From Promethearchaeota archaeon (GTDB taxonomy: Archaea; Asgardarchaeota; Lokiarchaeia; Sigyniarchaeales; SOKP01): a stretch of 64,000 nt of DNA. The DNA is taken from the NCBI GenBank assembly GCA_016839745.1, contig JAEOTS010000009.1:9507-73506 (forward strand), read 5' to 3'. Shown piece after piece: positions 58,845 to 64,000 of this stretch; within the stretch, counting starts at the first letter, position 1, and the number at the start of each line of letters is the position of its first letter. The position numbers were made by a program, and so were the translations under genes. The notes under the pieces are model-generated. The model was not told the DNA's origin and did no database searches. It saw only the letters and a list, made by a program, of their open reading frames with translations.

Positions 58845-60140
58845 TTATACCCTCATTACTGTCTCAGCTGCTTTAGCTGCTGCTCCACTTGCGTCTATTA
58901 CTGAATTTGGGATGTCCATTGGTTCTCTACAAGCCCCACAAAGGAAGATTCCTTCTTTGGTTGATTTTTGGGGATAGTAGGTCATCCCTTTGAAAAAATT
59001 AAATTCATCAAGCTTAATTCCTAAAATTTCTGACAATTTCACTGCGTCTTTATTTGGAATCATACTCGTTGCTAAAATAACTAAGTCAAATTGAAGTTCT
59101 TTCACTTCAAACGTGTTTATATCTTCATAAACAACAATAGGATTTTTTTGTTCGTCTTGTAAAATTTTTGCAACCTTTCCTTTAACATATTCAATTGCGT
59201 AATCTTCCGAACCTCTCTGAATATACTTTCGAAATCCTTTTCCACCGGCTCTTAGATCAATGTAAAATATCGATGTTTGAATTTCATTATCGTGTTCATA
59301 AGCGATCATAGCTTCTTTAGTTGTATACATACAACAACAAGAGGAGCAATAGGGATTATTTTTTAAGTCTCTTGAACCTACGCAATTAATAAACGCGAGT
59401 TTTTTTGGTTCTTTTTTATCGAAAGGCCTAATTAAATGCCCATCTAAAGGCCCAGAAGCGCAAATCAATCGTTCAAACTCTAACGAAGTTACAACATTAG
59501 GAAATCGTTCATACCCTAAGGAGATAATAGATTTAGGATTAAACACATCGTATCCTATAGCAGCTATGATCGATGCCACGTTTATTTCAATTTCCTTATC
59601 TTCCTGATCGAAATCTATTGCTTCTCTCTCACATGCTTTTTCACATAATCTACAAGCGGATTTCGTAAACCATAAGCATTTTTCTTTATCAATTGACATG
59701 ATGGCGGGAACTCCTTGAACATAATCAATAAAGATCGCTCTCCGCTTTCTTAATTGCATATCGAAATCGTCATCTACTCTCATAGGACATTTTTCAACAC
59801 ATAACCCACAATTAATACAAGCATCTTCTTTCACATACCGTGCATGGGTTAATACTTTAACCGTGAAATTACCAGCAGTCCCCTCAACTTTTTGGACTTC
59901 TGATAGTGTGCGAAGCGTAATATTTGGATGTCGAGAACATTCTGCAAGTTTTGGTGCTAAAATGCATATAGAACAATCGTTCGTAGGGAATGTTTTATCA
60001 AGCTGGGCCATTCTTCCTCCAATACACGCGTTTTTCTCTATTAAATCAACCTTTATACCTCTTTCAGCTAAATCTAATGAAGCTTGAATCCCAGCTATAC
60101 CTGCTCCAATAACCATAACGCTTTTTAACCTTCCGTCCAA
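58845..60140 (-). CDS. HdrA-like FAD/Fe-S oxidoreductase (FAD domain with inserted ferredoxin; lacks the HdrA N-domain and C-terminal ferredoxin)
   Basis: 431 aa with a TTG start and GGTGA 7 nt upstream. VMVIGAGIAGIQASLDL, LDKTFPTNDCSICILAPK, CINCGLCVEKCP, CVGSRD..YCSSCCCMY. Confidence 0.8.
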   Translation of the reverse strand: MDGRLKSVMVIGAGIAGIQASLDLAERGIKVDLIEKNACIGGRMAQLDKTFPTNDCSICILAPKLAECSRHPNITLRTLSEVQKVEGTAGNFTVKVLTHARYVKEDACINCGLCVEKCPMRVDDDFDMQLRKRRAIFIDYVQGVPAIMSIDKEKCLWFTKSACRLCEKACEREAIDFDQEDKEIEINVASIIAAIGYDVFNPKSIISLGYERFPNVVTSLEFERLICASGPLDGHLIRPFDKKEPKKLAFINCVGSRDLKNNPYCSSCCCMYTTKEAMIAYEHDNEIQTSIFYIDLRAGGKGFRKYIQRGSEDYAIEYVKGKVAKILQDEQKNPIVVYEDINTFEVKELQFDLVILATSMIPNKDAVKLSEILGIKLDEFNFFKGMTYYPQKSTKEGIFLCGACREPMDIPNSVIDASGAAAKAAETVMRV

Positions 60141-60573
60141 ATCTGTTCACCGTATATTATTTAAGGTTTTGTTATACGACTCGAAACTAAATTGCTACCG
60201 AGGATTTATTGAAAATTTCATTTTTAAGAAAAATTTTTTCTTATTAATTTAATTACTCTTAACATTTTCTAATGAATCGTTCAATAATATTATTAGAACC
60301 GATGATTCTATATAAAATTTTTATTAAAAAAAGTAAAAAAGTGTGGAATTATTGTGATAATCAATAAAAAAATGCGGAAAAAATCAATTTCCTCAAAAAA
60401 AATATAACTAATCAAGAAGAAATGTTATTTTTTTGTTTGATTTAATTTATTTAGAAGAATAATCTTATAATAGATGACGGTATTTTTATTAATAGTATTA
60501 AGATGTTTTAATTACAGAATGGACTACTATAAAACAAATTATTAGTGCAAAAGATAAATAAGAGTTAAGAATA

Positions 60574-61683
60574 ATGACTGAAAACGAAGTTAAACCTAAA
60601 TCCTTTGTAGATCTTATCAAAGAGGTTCACGAAAAAGGTATTTGTGGAGAATGTGGTGGATGTGTTAGTTTTTGTTCTGCTGCTGAAATAGGAGCCATTG
60701 ATATCTCTACAACGGGGTTACCCTATTATTCAAATGAAGAAAATTGCCTTCATTGTGGCATTTGCTATTTAATCTGCCCCGAAATTCACGAATTAGACGA
60801 AGAATTAAATGAGAGATTTAATTTTAAGCCCCCAATAGGTAATTGGTCTAAAATAGTAACAGCTCAAGCCAGTGATCCTCAGATACAAAAGTTTGCTACA
60901 GATGGTGGAGTGGTTACCGCAATATTGATTGCCTTATTAGAAAATAACTTAATTGATGCAGCGATTGTAGCAAAAAAAATAGGTCCCTTTCAAAGAACAC
61001 CTTTCTTTGCTAAAAATAAGCAAGATATCATAGACGCGATAGGAACAAACTATAACATAGAAGGTCCTGTTTCAGAGTTAGGAAAATACAACACTTTCGT
61101 TCCAACGATTACAGAATTAAAAAAAGTAGTTAGTTCTGATAAAATGAAAATAGCGGTTGTCGGAGTTCCATGCCAAATTCATTCCATAAGAAAAATGCAA
61201 GAGTTAAAAATAATTCCTGCTCATGTAGTCGAATACACATTGGGGCTATTTTGTTACGAGAATTTTAAATTTGACGACGCTGCTAGGGCGAGAATAGAAG
61301 AAAGATTTAATTTCTCTTTTAATGATATTGAAAAGATGAATATTAAGGAGAACTTAATTATAAATCTTAAAAACAAAGATGAACCACTGATAATAGAATT
61401 TTCAGATCTACAAGATATTATGAGACATGCGTGTAGAGTATGTGAAAATTTTACGAATTACTTCGCAGATATTTCTTTTGGGGGAATTGCATCGCAACAA
61501 GGATTAACCACCACTTTAATTCGTACTAAAGCTGGAGAGAAGATATACAAACTTGCTTTAAACAAAGGATATATTAACGAACCCAGCGATTCCAATACCT
61601 CTATCGAAAAATCGAAAATGATAGCTCAAATTATAAGCTTTAGTAAAAGAAAAGCTAATAGAGCAGAAGAATTTCAACCTTAA
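60574..61683 (+). CDS. FrhB/FdhB-family protein (coenzyme F420 hydrogenase/dehydrogenase beta-subunit-like) with an N-terminal ferredoxin domain
   Basis: 369 aa. CGECGGCVSFC and CLHCGICYLICP, DGGVVTAILIALLE, VGVPCQIHSIRK, CRVCENFTNYFADISFGG. Confidence 0.85.
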   Translation: MTENEVKPKSFVDLIKEVHEKGICGECGGCVSFCSAAEIGAIDISTTGLPYYSNEENCLHCGICYLICPEIHELDEELNERFNFKPPIGNWSKIVTAQASDPQIQKFATDGGVVTAILIALLENNLIDAAIVAKKIGPFQRTPFFAKNKQDIIDAIGTNYNIEGPVSELGKYNTFVPTITELKKVVSSDKMKIAVVGVPCQIHSIRKMQELKIIPAHVVEYTLGLFCYENFKFDDAARARIEERFNFSFNDIEKMNIKENLIINLKNKDEPLIIEFSDLQDIMRHACRVCENFTNYFADISFGGIASQQGLTTTLIRTKAGEKIYKLALNKGYINEPSDSNTSIEKSKMIAQIISFSKRKANRAEEFQP

Positions 61684-62034
61684 AATGAAATTTATTGTTT
61701 AGTTTTAAGTTTCTCTTTTTATTGGGAATCCATTTGGTGAAAATCCTTATAATACTCTGAATGACCTATAATGTTAAGATATAAACATATTTAAATGCTT
61801 AATTTTATTACTTAAATGACATTTATATACAATTTTGGGATATTGTAGACTTCATTTATTACGATAGAGAGAACAATGTGATTTTACGCAGAAGATAAGA
61901 GTCATATTATCCATATATTAATCCCAATTAAAAACTCATTTAAGTTAATGATCAAATAATAAACATCTATTGTAATAAGAGTCCGACGAAAGCTTTACTG
62001 GGAACAATTGGATTCAAAAAACGAGCAGTTCATC

Positions 62035-62715
62035 ATGAAAATAACAGTTTCGGGCCCAACACAGAGCGGTAAGTCAAGTTTCATTAAGTACTTTGACGAA
62101 AAAGCTTTGAATGTAGAGGCAAAAGCCAGAGACAACAAGTATTATACAGTTGGAATGGATTTAGGTAGCGTTAAATTAAATGGGTTTGATGTCTTCTTAT
62201 TTGGAACTCCTGGTTTATTAAGATTTAATGTTATGAGAGATGTTGTCGTGCGAGGAGCTGATGGTCTAATTTTTATATTTGATGCGGCTCACCCAGAAAA
62301 AGACGAAGATGCAATTATAATTTTAAATTCTCTTAGAAAGGTTCTAAGTCCCGATATACCAATAGTATATTTAGCAAATAAACAAGATGTTGCAGGAGCA
62401 CGACATGCCGAAGTAGTGAGGTCCCAGAATTATCTTCGTGAAGATTCAGTGATTTTTCCAACTAACACCAGAACAGGAGAAAACTTAGAAGAGGCGTTGA
62501 AATTTCTTGTGAATCGAATATACGATCATTATTCTTCGCTCCTCACAGTGCTCCGTTCATACGAAACAAACATAGAAGGTTTGCAAGAAAAGCTGAATAA
62601 GAATCCCGTTGAAATGAGAGATTTGTTAAATAACCTTGAAATAAAGAGATTTATTGAAGTTGACAGGATAAATAAAACCTATAAGGTAAAACATGGGTTA
62701 AAACTCTTAATATAA
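62035..62715 (+). CDS. small GTPase (MglA/CvnD-related, COG2229-like) with a C-terminal winged-helix-like extension
   Basis: P-loop GPTQSGKSS, G3 FGTPGLLRF, G4 NKQD. About 60 extra C-terminal residues (VEMRDLLNNLEIKRFIEVDRINKTYKV). The ATG at 62035 is preferred; the track ORF starts at an in-frame TTG at 62008. Confidence 0.75.
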   Translation: MKITVSGPTQSGKSSFIKYFDEKALNVEAKARDNKYYTVGMDLGSVKLNGFDVFLFGTPGLLRFNVMRDVVVRGADGLIFIFDAAHPEKDEDAIIILNSLRKVLSPDIPIVYLANKQDVAGARHAEVVRSQNYLREDSVIFPTNTRTGENLEEALKFLVNRIYDHYSSLLTVLRSYETNIEGLQEKLNKNPVEMRDLLNNLEIKRFIEVDRINKTYKVKHGLKLLI

Positions 62716-62724
62716 CCTCTAAAT

Positions 62725-64000
62725 TTAAATTTGAGATAATTCTGAGGGTATTATTTCTTCTTTTCCGAATTTTTTTTGCATATCTATCAGATCATTTCTC
62801 TGCTTAAAGAGAACATCCCAGAAGAATTTTGGAATTTCCTTTTCTGCCTTGTACATCTCTTCCATACGGTTTAATTTATTAAGCAGAAAACTAATTCTAA
62901 GCGTGAATTGCTCGATATAATCCTCATGAGAATAATCTTGATTTAATTCTAACTTGAAAAGATTTTTCAAATCTTCATATTTCGGAAGATAACCAATTGG
63001 TGAATTAATAGCTTCGTAATCTCCTTTGGTGCGTCCTTCTGCCCATATAACCCATACTTTTTTATCTAAAATGCCATTTAAATAGTTTCCATCCTTTCCT
63101 TTAAGAAAGTAGTTCGTTGAAAATACTTGGGGACAATGCTTCAATTGGTGGCCAAATTTTTGGTGGTTTTTTAGATATTTACCTAGTGGGACAACCAAGA
63201 AATCGAGATTTGCCATTGGGCTAGCTTTTCTAACGCCGACAGCACCAAGAGTTGCGGTTGTTGTTTCAGATTCGATAATAGCCCCTAAAAAAATTCCATG
63301 CTCCCAATTAATGCTTTCCACTACGGGAGGCATTGTATCTGAATCCCTTCCGCCGTAAAATATTCCGTGGATTGGTACTCCATCAGGATCTTCTAATTTA
63401 GGATCACAATTAGAAAGATCCATAAGGTTAATTGTATATCGAGCATTTGGGTGGGCGTGGGTTACTTTATTACCGTTTTTATCGGTCATTCCATCAATCC
63501 AGTCACCATAATGATTAAAGCCATCTTTGGGATGATCTACACCCATTCCAATCCAATAGGGTTTACCATCTTTTACGAGAACGTTAGAATAAATTAATTC
63601 TCTTGGAGAAGTAAGCGCTTCGTAAATCACTGGATCGTTTTTTGCGTTTACATCTTTAATAATTCCAAAAATTCCCTTCTCTATGTTGACGGCGTGAGCA
63701 AAACCATCTTTCCACGAACGTAAATATGCAATATCATCCCCTACAATCAGTTGTCCGGGAAGCATCGCAGTTGATGTTTTTCCGCAAGCACTTGGAAAAG
63801 CTCCGGTAAAATAGGTTACTCGATTTTTTCCTTTCGGGCGAACTCCTAATATAAAATAATGTTCCGTGAGCCAATCTTCATTATTTGCTTTATGTATTGC
63901 TAAGCGTAAGGCTAATTTTTTTAATCCAAGAGAATTTCCGGCATATTGGTTATTAACAGTCAATACTCGCCCTTCTTGTAAATCAACAAATATTCTACGT
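62725..64000 (-). CDS. pckG: phosphoenolpyruvate carboxykinase (GTP), N-terminus beyond the window edge
   Basis: Kinase-1a motif FPSACGKTS and YAGNSLGLKKLALRLA. The track start at 63963 is an internal TTG, and the frame stays open to base 64000. Confidence 0.9.
   Translation of the reverse strand, partial: RRIFVDLQEGRVLTVNNQYAGNSLGLKKLALRLAIHKANNEDWLTEHYFILGVRPKGKNRVTYFTGAFPSACGKTSTAMLPGQLIVGDDIAYLRSWKDGFAHAVNIEKGIFGIIKDVNAKNDPVIYEALTSPRELIYSNVLVKDGKPYWIGMGVDHPKDGFNHYGDWIDGMTDKNGNKVTHAHPNARYTINLMDLSNCDPKLEDPDGVPIHGIFYGGRDSDTMPPVVESINWEHGIFLGAIIESETTTATLGAVGVRKASPMANLDFLVVPLGKYLKNHQKFGHQLKHCPQVFSTNYFLKGKDGNYLNGILDKKVWVIWAEGRTKGDYEAINSPIGYLPKYEDLKNLFKLELNQDYSHEDYIEQFTLRISFLLNKLNRMEEMYKAEKEIPKFFWDVLFKQRNDLIDMQKKFGKEEIIPSELSQI

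Noticed and set aside
57170-58847. Possible selenocysteine (TGA) read-through joining the HdrA-like, HdrA and MvhD genes into one protein. HdrA and VhuD are selenoproteins in some archaea, and the fused paralog exists next door.
   Set aside because: Both junction stops are TAA (58845..58847 and 57173..57175), not TGA. The downstream genes have their own ATG starts, and the reading frames differ. Genuine gene boundaries are the simpler reading.
1-64000. CRISPR arrays, transposases, integrases, prophage or other mobile elements, including an integration event at tRNA-Pro (27046..27119).
   Set aside because: I saw no regularly spaced direct repeats. I recognised no integrase, transposase or capsid-like ORF. 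I noticed no duplicate of the tRNA 3-prime end. This rests on visual scanning only and is not exhaustive.

Overview
The window is visibly AT-rich (roughly one-third G+C by eye, not computed) and densely coding. It holds about 57 protein genes and one tRNA-Pro(UGG). I saw no rRNA, CRISPR array, transposase or integrase. The gene content is archaeal: CdhD of the CODH/ACS complex, HdrA/MvhD, an FrhB-family protein, archaemetzincin, CDC48, oligo-T terminators and GGAGG/GGTGA Shine-Dalgarno motifs. Combined with two MglA-like small GTPases, this fits an Asgard (Lokiarchaeia-like) anaerobe, though that placement is inference only.

Gene order, left to right:
- three paralogous acyl-CoA dehydrogenases
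- a sugar epimerase
- an orphan cluster: large coiled-coil protein, Cys4 acidic miniprotein, thioredoxin-like protein and an MrfA/YprA-type DUF1998 helicase
- two orphan membrane-anchored proteins
- LysR with divergent dsrE-tusA
- a solitary cdhD
- a DAP-pathway lysine cluster (dapF-lysA, dapB-dapA)
- ADP-ribosylglycohydrolase and archaemetzincin
- a TIGR04076-polyferredoxin pair
- a candidate mglA-like / Hsp20-like / cdc48 / ArsR operon
- a MetE-like protein, a radical SAM protein and an orphan N6-adenine methyltransferase
- metV-metF followed by 3-hydroxyacyl-CoA dehydrogenase and an Lpd-like flavoprotein
- a BNR-repeat surface protein
- a partial GTP-PEPCK at the right edge

The most interesting region is a ~9 kb minus-strand operon at 60140->51266. 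It encodes an HdrA-like/HdrA/MvhD module twice, once as three genes and once as a single 1153-aa fusion, followed by metV-metF. No HdrB or HdrC is nearby. An FrhB-family gene lies divergently upstream and an Lrp regulator lies downstream. I propose it encodes an HdrBC-independent, possibly electron-bifurcating, methylene-tetrahydrofolate/H4MPT reductase. All functional calls rest on motif recognition in the supplied translations; no database search was run.
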